Assembly: GCA_044220955.1 (NCBI GenBank)
Contig: JBGAQA010000125.1
Coordinates: 1 to 17,255 of the forward strand
Source of the DNA: Sandaracinaceae bacterium
GTDB taxonomy: Bacteria; Myxococcota_A; Polyangia; Polyangiales; Sandaracinaceae
Direction of reading: 5' to 3'
Length of the DNA: 17,255 nt
Shown: one piece after another, positions 8,183 to 17,255 of the stretch
Layout of the letters: each line of letters starts with the position of its first letter
How positions within the stretch are numbered: the stretch's first letter is position 1
Translations under genes and position numbers: made by a program
Notes under the pieces: model-generated
What the model saw: the letters and a program-made list of their open reading frames with translations, nothing else
Told to the model about the DNA's origin: nothing
Databases searched by the model: none

Positions 8183-9241
8183 ATGACGTTCGACCCGTCG
8201 TACGCGCGAGCGCGCGTGGAGAAGTTCTGGACGCTGGATGCCGAGTTCGGCGTCGAGCACAACGCGTACCGCGTCTACCTCAACGAGATCGTCAGCGACC
8301 GCTACGTGCTGGTCAACGGTCTGCAGTTGCTGCGCGACGAGCTGCAGCTCGCCGAGACGGGAGGCGACGTCGTCGCGTGCGGCGCCGACCTCTCGCTGCC
8401 GACGGTGATGACCACGCTCGCGCACACGAACTGCGGCGACCGCATCCACCAGGGCGAGGCCACCACGTCCTACGAGCAGGTCGTCGCGGCCCGCTTCGCG
8501 ACCATGTCGGAGGTCGGGGAGTACAAGCTCGAGGCGTTCTCGCCGACCGGCGGCGGCACCGACGACGGGAACACGCTCGCGCACGTCACGGTCGCGCACA
8601 TGCTGGACGAGCCGATCCGGGCGCGCCTCTACGACGGCCACCCGGCCTCCTACCTGCTCGTCAACATCGACCTCAAGACGCACGTCGGGCGCCTCGAGAC
8701 CGGCGGCTCGCTCGTCATCGGCCGGACCCAGGAGTCGAAGTGGCGCGAGCCGCGCACGGCCTGCGGCGCGGCCGTCGGGACCATCACGGCGTTCAACGAG
8801 AAGAACGGCGTCCACCGCCGCATCCGCGGCGATCTCGGGGAGGCGAACTTCGCGCTCCTCTCGAGCAAGGGCGTCAAGAGCGAGGAAGGGATCAACGTCT
8901 CGCCCGCGGTCGCGTCCTCGATCATCGCCGTGCAGGGCATGCTCAACACCGCGCGAGCGCTCGAGACGGAGCTCGACGAGCGCGGCGTCGCGCACCTCAC
9001 GGCCTCGATGACGGTCAACCGCCCACACATCGACGACACGATCGTGTACCTCGCGCGCGCGACGGTGTTCGGCGGCGAGACCCGCGTGCAGGGCTTCGGC
9101 ACCGACGCGAGCAAGTACGGCGCGCGGGTGACCCAGCTCGGTGGCGACCTCCGGCTGCAGCTCACGTACGAGGGGCGCACGGCGCAGGAGCACTCCATGT
9201 ACTCGACGCCGTACACGACGCGCCTCTGGAAGCGGCCCTGA
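8183..9241 (+). CDS. Conserved-looking hypothetical protein, 352 aa; putative divergent LCIB/theta-type carbonic anhydrase-like Zn protein
   Basis: Strong SD GAGGAGG (8166-8172) and highly biased codons. Motifs 'NCGD' (C84/D86), 'THVG' (H167) and 'ACGA' (C194). The CDS is secure; the function is inferred. Confidence 0.6.
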   Translation: MTFDPSYARARVEKFWTLDAEFGVEHNAYRVYLNEIVSDRYVLVNGLQLLRDELQLAETGGDVVACGADLSLPTVMTTLAHTNCGDRIHQGEATTSYEQVVAARFATMSEVGEYKLEAFSPTGGGTDDGNTLAHVTVAHMLDEPIRARLYDGHPASYLLVNIDLKTHVGRLETGGSLVIGRTQESKWREPRTACGAAVGTITAFNEKNGVHRRIRGDLGEANFALLSSKGVKSEEGINVSPAVASSIIAVQGMLNTARALETELDERGVAHLTASMTVNRPHIDDTIVYLARATVFGGETRVQGFGTDASKYGARVTQLGGDLRLQLTYEGRTAQEHSMYSTPYTTRLWKRP

Positions 9242-9281
9242 CGGAGGGGCGCGCCACGCGACTCGATCGACGAGGACGGGA

Positions 9282-10580
9282 TCACGCGTCGTCGGCGTCG
9301 CCGGACACGTCGCGAGCGAGCTCGGTGATGCGCGACGCGACGTACTGCTGCAGGATCACGAACGAGTCGTTGGCGTCGAGCTTCTCGGCCGCGAGCTCGG
9401 TGATCGCTCGATCGCGCGCCGCGACCAGCGCCTCGATCGCCTCTCGCCGGCCGCGCGCGTCCGGGCTCGCCTGACCGCGGGCCGCGATCGCCTGGATCTC
9501 CGCGATGCGTGCCTCGACGCGATCCCGCCGAGCGGCGCGTCGAGCGCTGCGGAAGGCCGTCACCGCCGACCAGGCGAGCGCGCCCAGCGTGACGAAGAGG
9601 CTGATCTGATCCGTGTAGCGCTGCACGAACGAGGGATCCTGGCGCCGGTAGTACCGGTCGGCTCCCGGGTGCAGCGCGTACGGCGAGAGCCCGCGGTCGA
9701 ACTGCTCGGTGAGGTGCGCCAGGAGCCCCTGCTGGGTCGCGAGCTCGACCTTGTGGTCGAAGAGCGACGCCGCGACGTCGTAGACGAGCTGCTCGTCGAG
9801 ATCGGCGCGGGCCACCAGGCACGCACGCACGGTGATCGTCCCGACCGGCGCGTCGGGCTGCCGCCCGTAGGCATGCTCCGGGATCGCTGCGATCGCGAAG
9901 TAGGGAGCGTCGAGCCGGATGCCCTCGAGCGAGCTGCCGACGACCCCGGGCATCCCCAGCGAGAGCAGGCGCATGTCACCCTGCCCGAGCAGCCGGTCGA
10001 CGATCGGGGTGCGCATCCCCGCCACGAAGAACGCCGCGTCGAGCTCGCCGCGCTCCAGCTGCTCGGCGGCCTCCGTCGTGGTCGTGTTGCGCCGGTCGAG
10101 GTCCGCGTCGCCGAGGCCGAAGTGGTGTAGCACGGACTCGGCGATGCTCTCGGTTCCGCTCGCATCGGCCCCCACGCTGACCCTCCGCCCACGAAGGTCG
10201 AAGGGCGTCGCGATCCCGCTCTCGCTCCGGACGACGATCTGGAGGGTCTCCTCGTAGAGCACCGCGATCAGGCGCACACGGGTCGAGGCCGGCACGTGGT
10301 TCGAGACGAGCGCCATCTGCGCCTCGCCGCGCTCGAGCATCCCGAGCGACGCCACGCTGCCCGGGCTCTCGATCGCCTCGAAGCGCGTCCCGGGGGCATC
10401 GTGCGAGAACGCCTGCGCCAGCGTCTCGCCGAGCGGGAGGAACGTCCCGCCGCGCATCCCCGTCGCGATCCGCACCTCGCGCGGCCGCGCGGTCGTGGTG
10501 CGCGCGTAGTAGACGAGGATCAGCGCCGCCAGCACGGCGAGCAGCGCGAGCAGCGCGAGCAGCGAGCGACGGTGCAGCAC
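9282..10580 (-). CDS. TAXI-family TRAP solute-binding-type protein with N-terminal anchor, C-terminal TM and helical tail, 432 aa
   Basis: 'IATGMRGGTF..LG', 'SPGSVASL', 'LYEETLQIVVR', 'DLRGRRVSVG..ASGT', 'GELDAAFFV' and 'LHPGADRYY' are TAXI motifs. GTG start. Confidence 0.88.
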   Translation of the reverse strand: MLHRRSLLALLALLAVLAALILVYYARTTTARPREVRIATGMRGGTFLPLGETLAQAFSHDAPGTRFEAIESPGSVASLGMLERGEAQMALVSNHVPASTRVRLIAVLYEETLQIVVRSESGIATPFDLRGRRVSVGADASGTESIAESVLHHFGLGDADLDRRNTTTTEAAEQLERGELDAAFFVAGMRTPIVDRLLGQGDMRLLSLGMPGVVGSSLEGIRLDAPYFAIAAIPEHAYGRQPDAPVGTITVRACLVARADLDEQLVYDVAASLFDHKVELATQQGLLAHLTEQFDRGLSPYALHPGADRYYRRQDPSFVQRYTDQISLFVTLGALAWSAVTAFRSARRAARRDRVEARIAEIQAIAARGQASPDARGRREAIEALVAARDRAITELAAEKLDANDSFVILQQYVASRITELARDVSGDADDA

Positions 10581-10748
10581 GCACGACGTCTAACACGAAG
10601 CGCGGCGCGGGTGCCGCGGGGCGGCGGCCGCTCGCGCGCGCAAACTCCGTACCTGCGGGTGCCGCCCCCGCCATCGAGTCCCACGGATCTCGGGCGAGTG
10701 CGGAATTCGCGGCGCGACGGTGCGCCTCTCGTACTAGCCTCGCGCGCC

Positions 10749-11225
10749 ATGCCGATTCCGATCGAGCGCGTCGTTTGGTCGCCGCCCACGCATGCGGTCA
10801 TCGCAGCGGGTGACGTGCTGGTGCAGCTCTGGGAGCGGGACACACCCACCAGCGCGTTCCAGCGAATCCACGAGTGGTGCGCAGCGCGCGCCCGGATGAC
10901 CCCGGGGCGGCGTCTCTGGATGATGGCCGTCTCGGCACCTGGCTCGCCCATGCCCAACGCAGAGGCGCGCGCGATCTCGGCGCACTTCCCCGAGTTCTTC
11001 ACGGAGTTCGCGCTCGTGATCGAGGGCAGCGGCTTCCGTGCGTCCGCGGCGCGGGCAGTGCTCACGAGCATGGCGATGATGTCGAGCCGCCGCGCGCGGC
11101 CGCACGTCGGGGCCACGGTCATCGATGCGTGCGAGACGCTCGAGCGGGTGAGCCACGGCGCCGTGCGCTCCGCCGACCTGGCGTCGGCCATCGAGCAGGT
11201 GCGCGACGAGCTGCGCGGCCCCTGA
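10749..11225 (+). CDS. STAS/SEC14 (SpoIIAA-like) small protein of the type expanded in myxobacteria, 158 aa
   Basis: 'P.P..EAR' and 'ALVIEGSGFRASAARAVL' motifs. ATG 10749 lies within ORF 10296..11225. Confidence 0.65.
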   Translation: MPIPIERVVWSPPTHAVIAAGDVLVQLWERDTPTSAFQRIHEWCAARARMTPGRRLWMMAVSAPGSPMPNAEARAISAHFPEFFTEFALVIEGSGFRASAARAVLTSMAMMSSRRARPHVGATVIDACETLERVSHGAVRSADLASAIEQVRDELRGP

Positions 11226-11295
11226 GCCCACGCCGCACGCGATCGATCTCGGGTGTCCCTCGCCCTCGCCCTCGGGCTCGCGCACACTCCGGACC

Positions 11296-12219
11296 GTGTG
11301 GCCCTTCGGCACCCGGCGCGCGCCCGAGCCCGAGCGAGCCGCGGAGGATCTCTTCGACGAGTCCTTCCTGCGGCGGCTCGAGTCGCTCGCCATCGTGGCG
11401 CGGCGCACCGTGGACGGGAAGACCCGCGCCGAGCGGCGCAGCAAGAAGACCGGCGCCGGCATCGAGCTCGCCGACACGCGTCAGTATGCGCCGGGCGACG
11501 ACTTTCGCGCGATCGACTGGAGCCTCTACGCGCGATCGGAGCGCCTCCACACCCGGCTCTTCGAGGAGGAGGAGGATCTCAGCGTCTACGTGGCGCTCGA
11601 CGTCTCCGCCTCGATGACGCTCGGGGCCCGCCCGCGCCTGCTCCAGGCCAAGCGCCTCGCCGCGGCCCTCGCGTACGTCTCGCTCGCGGCGCTCGACCGC
11701 GTCTCGATCACCACGTTCTCCGACCGCGTCGTCGCGCGCCTGCCCGCGATGCGCGGCAAGGCGCGCATCTTCCGCGTGCTCGAGTTCCTCCGGGGCGCCG
11801 CGACGGGCGGCCGGACCGATCTCGGGGCGGCGATGCGGACCTTCGTCGCGCAGAACAAGCGGCGCGGCGTGGTGCTCGTCATCTCCGACCTCTACGATCC
11901 CAGGAGCTTCGAGCCCGGGATCGACGTGCTCCGGCACGGCCGCTTCGAGCCGCGCATCCTGCACCTCGTCGATCGACGCGACGCTTCGCCCGCCCTCCAC
12001 GGCGACGTCGTCCTGGTCGACGGCGAGACCGGCGAGCGGCGCGAGGTCACGATCACCGAGTCGGTGCTGAAGCGCTACCGCGAGGCACACGCGCGCCACG
12101 AGCGGCGCATCCACGCGTTCGCGGCGGAGAAGCACGTGCCCCTCGTCACCGTCGACGTCGAGCACCCCTGGGACGACGTGGTCCTCGGTCTGCTCCGGCG
12201 CGGAGGAATCGTCGGATGA
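11296..12219 (+). CDS. DUF58 domain (vWA-like) MoxR-associated protein, 307 aa
   Basis: 'GAGIELADTRQYAPGDDFRAIDW..YAR', 'LDVSASM', 'GRTDL' and 'VLVISDL'. Confidence 0.93.
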   Translation: MWPFGTRRAPEPERAAEDLFDESFLRRLESLAIVARRTVDGKTRAERRSKKTGAGIELADTRQYAPGDDFRAIDWSLYARSERLHTRLFEEEEDLSVYVALDVSASMTLGARPRLLQAKRLAAALAYVSLAALDRVSITTFSDRVVARLPAMRGKARIFRVLEFLRGAATGGRTDLGAAMRTFVAQNKRRGVVLVISDLYDPRSFEPGIDVLRHGRFEPRILHLVDRRDASPALHGDVVLVDGETGERREVTITESVLKRYREAHARHERRIHAFAAEKHVPLVTVDVEHPWDDVVLGLLRRGGIVG

Positions 12220-12241
12220 CCCGGGCGTCGGGCGTGTCGCC

Positions 12242-14098
12242 GTGAGCTGGGTGCTCGCCGGCGCGTCTGCGGAGGCGGTCGGGACCGCGCTCGCGATCTC
12301 GGCGAGCGTGGTGACGCTCCTCTATTTCATGGCGCTGCGCCGGAGGCCTATCGAGGTCCCCTTCGTCCACCTCTGGCGCGAGGCCATCGCCGACGAGCGC
12401 TCGAGCCGCCTCTTCGCGCGCCTCAAGCGGATCTTCTCGTGGCTGCTCGCGCTGCTCGTGGTGGCGCTCGTCTCCGGCGCGTTCGGAGATCCGCGCGACC
12501 GCGGACACGCGGGCAGCGAGCGCATCGTGGTCATCGCGGTCGACGTGAGCGCGTCGATGGGGGCGGCGGAGGGCGCAGGCGAGCGCATGACCCTGGCGCG
12601 CGACGAGGCGAGGGCGATCGTACGCGGCCTGGGCGCCTCCGACCGTGCGCTGATCGTGGCGATGGGCAGCGACGCGCGTCCCCGCTCGGCAGCCACCGGC
12701 GATCACGCCGCGCTCCTCTCCGCGATCGACGCGCTCGCGCCGCTCGACGTGGCGGCCGACGCCGAGGCAGCGGCCCGCCTCGCGCGCGACGTGACGGAGG
12801 GCAGCGCGCACCGCGAGCTGGTGGTGATCAGCGACGGCGCCGTCCTGCGCGAGGCGGAGGCGCGCGCGCTCCTCACGGCCGCGACGCTTCCCGCGCGACA
12901 CGTGCTCGTCGGCCACGCGGCTCCCAACGTCGCGATCACTGCGCTCTCCGTCCGACGCTACCCGCTCGACCCCAGCCGCAACGAGGTGCTCCTCGAGCTC
13001 ACGAGCGGCAGCGATGCGCCCACCGCGCTGGAGGTCGAGCTGCTCGGCGACGGAGAGACGGTCGACGTGATCCCCGTCGACGTCGGGCCCCGCGCCCGTG
13101 TCAGGCGCTTCTTCCAGGATCTCACCGGGGTCGACCGCGCGCTCGAGGCACGCCTGCGCCTCCGCGGAGGCGCGCACGACGCGCTCGCCGCCGACGACCA
13201 TGCCTACGCGCGAGTCGCGCCGCGACGGCGCGTGCGCGTCGTCGTCGTCAGCGAGGACGACATCTACCTCGAGGCAGCGCTGCTGCTCGACGAGTACCTC
13301 GACGTCCGGGAGGTCGCGCCCCCCGACTTCCCGCCGCCCGAGCCCTTCGACGTCGCCATCCTCGATCGCTTCGTCCCCCCCGCGCCCGCCGCGACGGACA
13401 CCATCTGGATCCGCCCCGACGCGCCGAACGGTCCCCTCGAGGTCACGGGCGTGATGGAGAGGCCCTTCTTCGATCGGCTGCGTCAGGACGACCCCCTGCT
13501 GCGGCACGCCGCGCTCGCCGACGTGAACGTGGCCCGTGCGCTGCTCGTCCGGCAGGCCGCCGACGACGTCGTGGTGGCGGCCGACGCGCGCGGACCGCTC
13601 CTGGTCCGCGGGGAGCGCGACGGCCACCGCTTCGTGGCGCTCACCTTCGACGTGAGGGAGAGCGACCTGCCGCTGCGGCCCGCGTTCCCGCTGCTCCTCT
13701 TGGACGCGATCGACTCGTTCGCGCCCGTCGACGCCGCCTACCGCGGCAGCGTCGCGACCGGTGCGGTCGCGGACGTCGCGCTGCCATCGGGCGCGACCGA
13801 GGCGCACCTCGGCGCGGTCGCGCTGCCGATCGGCGACGGGCGTGCGGCGATCCGCCTCGAGCGGGCCGGGTTCCACACGGTCGAGACCGACGCTGGATTC
13901 GTCCTGGTCGCCGCCAGCCTCGCGTCGTCGAGCGAGCTCGACCTGACGACGCACACGCTCGATCTGGGCAGGGCGGCCGGCGAGCCCCTCACCCCCATCG
14001 ACGAAGGCGCGCGCCTCCCCTGGCAGTGGATGACGCTCGCCGTGCTGGCCCTGCTCACGATCGAGTGGGCGACCTTCCATCGACGGTGGACGGTGTGA
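12242..14098 (+). CDS. BatA N-terminal domain plus vWA membrane protein, 618 aa
   Basis: N-terminal TM segments with 'LLYF...RR...VPFVHLW'. MIDAS 'DVSASM' and 'ISDG'. 'NVAITAL', 'SDLPLRPAFP' and a C-terminal TM 'LLTIEW'. Confidence 0.88.
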   Translation: MSWVLAGASAEAVGTALAISASVVTLLYFMALRRRPIEVPFVHLWREAIADERSSRLFARLKRIFSWLLALLVVALVSGAFGDPRDRGHAGSERIVVIAVDVSASMGAAEGAGERMTLARDEARAIVRGLGASDRALIVAMGSDARPRSAATGDHAALLSAIDALAPLDVAADAEAAARLARDVTEGSAHRELVVISDGAVLREAEARALLTAATLPARHVLVGHAAPNVAITALSVRRYPLDPSRNEVLLELTSGSDAPTALEVELLGDGETVDVIPVDVGPRARVRRFFQDLTGVDRALEARLRLRGGAHDALAADDHAYARVAPRRRVRVVVVSEDDIYLEAALLLDEYLDVREVAPPDFPPPEPFDVAILDRFVPPAPAATDTIWIRPDAPNGPLEVTGVMERPFFDRLRQDDPLLRHAALADVNVARALLVRQAADDVVVAADARGPLLVRGERDGHRFVALTFDVRESDLPLRPAFPLLLLDAIDSFAPVDAAYRGSVATGAVADVALPSGATEAHLGAVALPIGDGRAAIRLERAGFHTVETDAGFVLVAASLASSSELDLTTHTLDLGRAAGEPLTPIDEGARLPWQWMTLAVLALLTIEWATFHRRWTV

Positions 14099-16782
14099 GG
14101 CGCGCGCTCGCGCTCGGCGGAGCGCTCTCGCTGGCGCTCGGCGCCCTGCTCTGGCGGATCACGGACGCCGCGATCGAGATCCAGATCGCGGGCGAGCCGT
14201 ACGCGCTCGGGGCGCCGCGCGCGCTGGTCCTGCTGGCCCTGCTGCCGCTGACGCTCGCGGCCGCGGCGCGCTCGCTCGCCGATCTACCTCGGGCCCAGCT
14301 CGTGCTCTCGGGCGCCGTGCGCTCGCTCGTGCTCGCGTCGCTCGCGCTCGCTCTCGCCGACCCGGCGCGCACGACCGAGCGCACGCGCACCGCCGTCGTG
14401 TTCCTCGTGGACGTGTCGGACTCGATCACCGACGCGGCCCTCGCGCGCGCGACGGATCGCGTACGAGAGGCGCTGGCGGCGCGGGGTGACTCCGAGGCGC
14501 TCGTCGTCACGTTCGCGGGCGAGGCGCGTCGCGTCCCGATCGACGACGACGCCGCCTCGCTCGTGCTCGCGCGGCACGAGGACGGCTCCGCGACGGATCT
14601 GGGCGCGGCCCTGCGCCTCGCGCTCGCCCTCTTGCCCGAGGGGCACCTCGGACGGATCGTCGTCTTCTCGGACGGCGCGGAGACGGAGCCAGGCTCGCTC
14701 GCGCAGCTCGACGCGATCGAGGCCCGCGGTGTCCACGTGTACGCCGCGCTGGACGACGAGGGACCGCCCGCCGACGTCGCCGTGGCCGGCCTCGATCTGC
14801 CGGCGCACGTCCGCGTGGGCGAGAGCTTCGCCGTACGCGTTCGCTTGCGCGCGACCCAGCCAGCGCACGTGCGCCTCCGGCTCTACCAGAACGGCCTGCT
14901 CAACGGGCTCGAGGGCACTCGCGAGATCGATCTGCCGCGAGGCTCGACCGACGTCGAGATCCGCTCGGTCGTCCACGTCGCGGGCCCCGTGACCTACCGC
15001 GCGACGCTCACGGCGGAGCACGCCTCGGACGATCGCTTCCCGGAGAACGACGCGCTCGAGCGGGCGGTCGTGGTGCCGGGCCGGCCGCGCGTGCTCTACG
15101 TCGAGGGCGCGCCCGCAGGTCCGCTGCCCCTCGCGCGGGCGCTCGAGACCGCGGAGCTCGACGTCGAGGTGCGCTCGCCGCGCGCGTTCCCGACCTCGCT
15201 GCCGGAGCTCTCGGCCTTCGACTTCGTGGTCCTCTCGGACACGCCGGCCGACGCCGTCTCCTCGGAGCAGCAGGCGCTCGTCGAGCGCTACGTGCGGGCG
15301 GGAGGCGGCTTCCTGATGGCAGGCGGCGCGCACGCCTTCGGCCTGGGCGGCTGGGAGGGCACGCGCCTCGAGCGGATCCTCCCGGTGCGCATGGACCCGG
15401 AGCGCCGCCGTGATCAGCCCTCGCTCGCGCTGGAGCTCGTCATCGATCGCAGCGGCTCCATGGCCGGCGAGAAGATCGAGCTCGCCAAGGAGGCGGCCCG
15501 CGCCACGGCCGACCTGCTCGCGGCCGAGGACTCGCTGGGCGTGATCGGCTTCGACTCGCTCCCGGAGCGGATCGTCCGCATGCAGAGCGCAGGCAACCGC
15601 GTCGCGATCCAGCGCGACATCGGGCGGCTCGCGGCGCGCGGCGGGACGGCCATCTTCCCGGCGCTCGACATGGCCCTGTCGGATCTCGGAGTGACCCGCG
15701 CGCGCCTGCGTCACGTCATCCTGCTGACCGACGGCCAGACGCAGGAGCCCGGCATCTCCGACCTCGTCTCGCTGATGCGCGGCGAGGGAATCACGATCTC
15801 GACGGTCGGCATCGGGAGCGACGTGAACCGGGCGCTGCTGCAGGAGATCGCCGACACGGGCGGCGGTCGGGCGTACTTCACGAGCGACGCCCACAACATC
15901 CCGCGCATCTTCACGCACGAGACGACCACCGCGATGCAGAACGGCGCCGTCGAGGACTACGTCGCCGCGCACGTCGTCGTGCCGGCGGCCTTTCTCCGCG
16001 CCGTGCCGATCGACGCCGCGCCGCTGCTCCGCGGCTACGTGGCGACGCGGATGCGCGCGCCGCCGGCCGAGGAGATCCTGCGCAGCGATCTCGGCGAGCC
16101 GCTCCTCGGGCGCATGCGCGTGGGCCTCGGCTGGACGCTCGCCTGGACCAGCGACGTGAAGAACCGCTGGGCCGTGGACTGGGCGCGCTGGCCGGCGTTC
16201 TCGGCCTTCTTCGGCGCGCTCGTGCGCGAGCACATGCGCCAGCACCACGACGAGGCGCTCCCGCTCGAGGCGTCGATGTCGGGGCGCACGGCCCACATCA
16301 CCCTGGACGCGCTCGACGCGAACGACGCGTTCGTGAACGACCTCGATTCGGTCGCGCACGTCGTGGGCCCCATGGGCGAGGGCGAGGGCGGGCGCACGAC
16401 CCTCGACGTCCCGCTCGTGCAGGTGGCGCCAGGCCGCTACGAGGGCGAGGCGCGGCTGCCCCGCTTCGGCGCGTACGCGATCACGGCCGAGCACCGGCGC
16501 GCAGGCGACGTGGTGGCCGAGAGCGTCGGCTCGCTCGTGTACCCGTACGCCCCCGAGTACGCCGCGCTCGAGCCCCACGGCGATCTGCTGGCCTCCCTCG
16601 CGGCGGCGACCGGCGGCGGCGCCTACCAGCGCCCGCGCGACGCCTTCGACGCGCGAGGCGAGCACGTCTGGGCACGCCAGGAGGTCCGCGGACCACTGTT
16701 TCTCGCGGCCCTCGGGCTCTTCGCGCTCGACCTGCTGCTGCGGCGGGTGCGCCTCTTCGACCGGGCGTTCGCACGTGCGTGA
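14095..16782 (+). CDS. Membrane-anchored double-vWA protein with central GATase1-like domain, 895 aa
   Basis: GTG 14095 overlaps the previous stop (GTGA). vWA motifs 'VDVSDS..TDL..FSDG' and 'IDRSGSM..GGT..LTDG'. 'FDFVVLSD..YVRAGGGFLMAGG' GATase-like segment, 'GLGWTLAWTSD' and a C-terminal TM. Confidence 0.9.
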   Translation: MRRALALGGALSLALGALLWRITDAAIEIQIAGEPYALGAPRALVLLALLPLTLAAAARSLADLPRAQLVLSGAVRSLVLASLALALADPARTTERTRTAVVFLVDVSDSITDAALARATDRVREALAARGDSEALVVTFAGEARRVPIDDDAASLVLARHEDGSATDLGAALRLALALLPEGHLGRIVVFSDGAETEPGSLAQLDAIEARGVHVYAALDDEGPPADVAVAGLDLPAHVRVGESFAVRVRLRATQPAHVRLRLYQNGLLNGLEGTREIDLPRGSTDVEIRSVVHVAGPVTYRATLTAEHASDDRFPENDALERAVVVPGRPRVLYVEGAPAGPLPLARALETAELDVEVRSPRAFPTSLPELSAFDFVVLSDTPADAVSSEQQALVERYVRAGGGFLMAGGAHAFGLGGWEGTRLERILPVRMDPERRRDQPSLALELVIDRSGSMAGEKIELAKEAARATADLLAAEDSLGVIGFDSLPERIVRMQSAGNRVAIQRDIGRLAARGGTAIFPALDMALSDLGVTRARLRHVILLTDGQTQEPGISDLVSLMRGEGITISTVGIGSDVNRALLQEIADTGGGRAYFTSDAHNIPRIFTHETTTAMQNGAVEDYVAAHVVVPAAFLRAVPIDAAPLLRGYVATRMRAPPAEEILRSDLGEPLLGRMRVGLGWTLAWTSDVKNRWAVDWARWPAFSAFFGALVREHMRQHHDEALPLEASMSGRTAHITLDALDANDAFVNDLDSVAHVVGPMGEGEGGRTTLDVPLVQVAPGRYEGEARLPRFGAYAITAEHRRAGDVVAESVGSLVYPYAPEYAALEPHGDLLASLAAATGGGAYQRPRDAFDARGEHVWARQEVRGPLFLAALGLFALDLLLRRVRLFDRAFARA

Positions 16783-16821
16783 TTGCCCGAGCTTTTCCGC
16801 CGTGTTAACAGGGGGCGCCTC

Positions 16822-17255
<434 letters not shown>

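Noticed and set aside
7748..11295. Transposon or integrative element
   Set aside because: No transposase or integrase, terminal inverted repeats or target-site duplication seen. Base composition looks similar to the flanks.
12439..14094. 1447-aa giant vWA protein
   Set aside because: The first 552 codons are off-frame BatA-vWA sequence. The real start is the GTG at 14095.

Overview
Very GC-rich (by eye above 70%), gene-dense bacterial DNA with a myxobacterial look (Polyangiales/Sandaracinaceae-like): a Hanks-type kinase, a STAS/SEC14-like small protein, a four-helix-bundle gene and hexamer repeats. The taxon is inferred, not demonstrated. Gene order: 3' end of a four-helix-bundle protein (+), YgfZ/GcvT folate-binding protein (-), secreted CAP protein with a candidate sigma54 promoter (+), TerB-like protein (+), type I L-asparaginase coupled to a membrane Ser/Thr kinase (-), a 149-aa hypothetical (-), a (CTCTCG)n repeat spacer, a thioredoxin-rhodanese fusion (-) and a MoxR AAA+ ATPase (+). 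A ~3.5 kb four-gene block follows: 88-aa hypothetical, 352-aa protein with a Cys-x-Asp/His/Cys motif resembling LCIB/theta carbonic anhydrases, orphan two-TM TAXI-type binding protein, and STAS-like protein. Next come DUF58, BatA-vWA and double-vWA/GATase-like genes, the usual MoxR partners. The window ends in the start of a secreted, extremely acidic protein. I saw no tRNA, rRNA, CRISPR array or transposase. The most unusual items are the putative divergent theta-CA inside a split MoxR-vWA operon, the Cys-less rhodanese fused to thioredoxin, and a 9-codon mini-ORF bridging two genes. All family calls come from motif recognition by eye; no searches were run.
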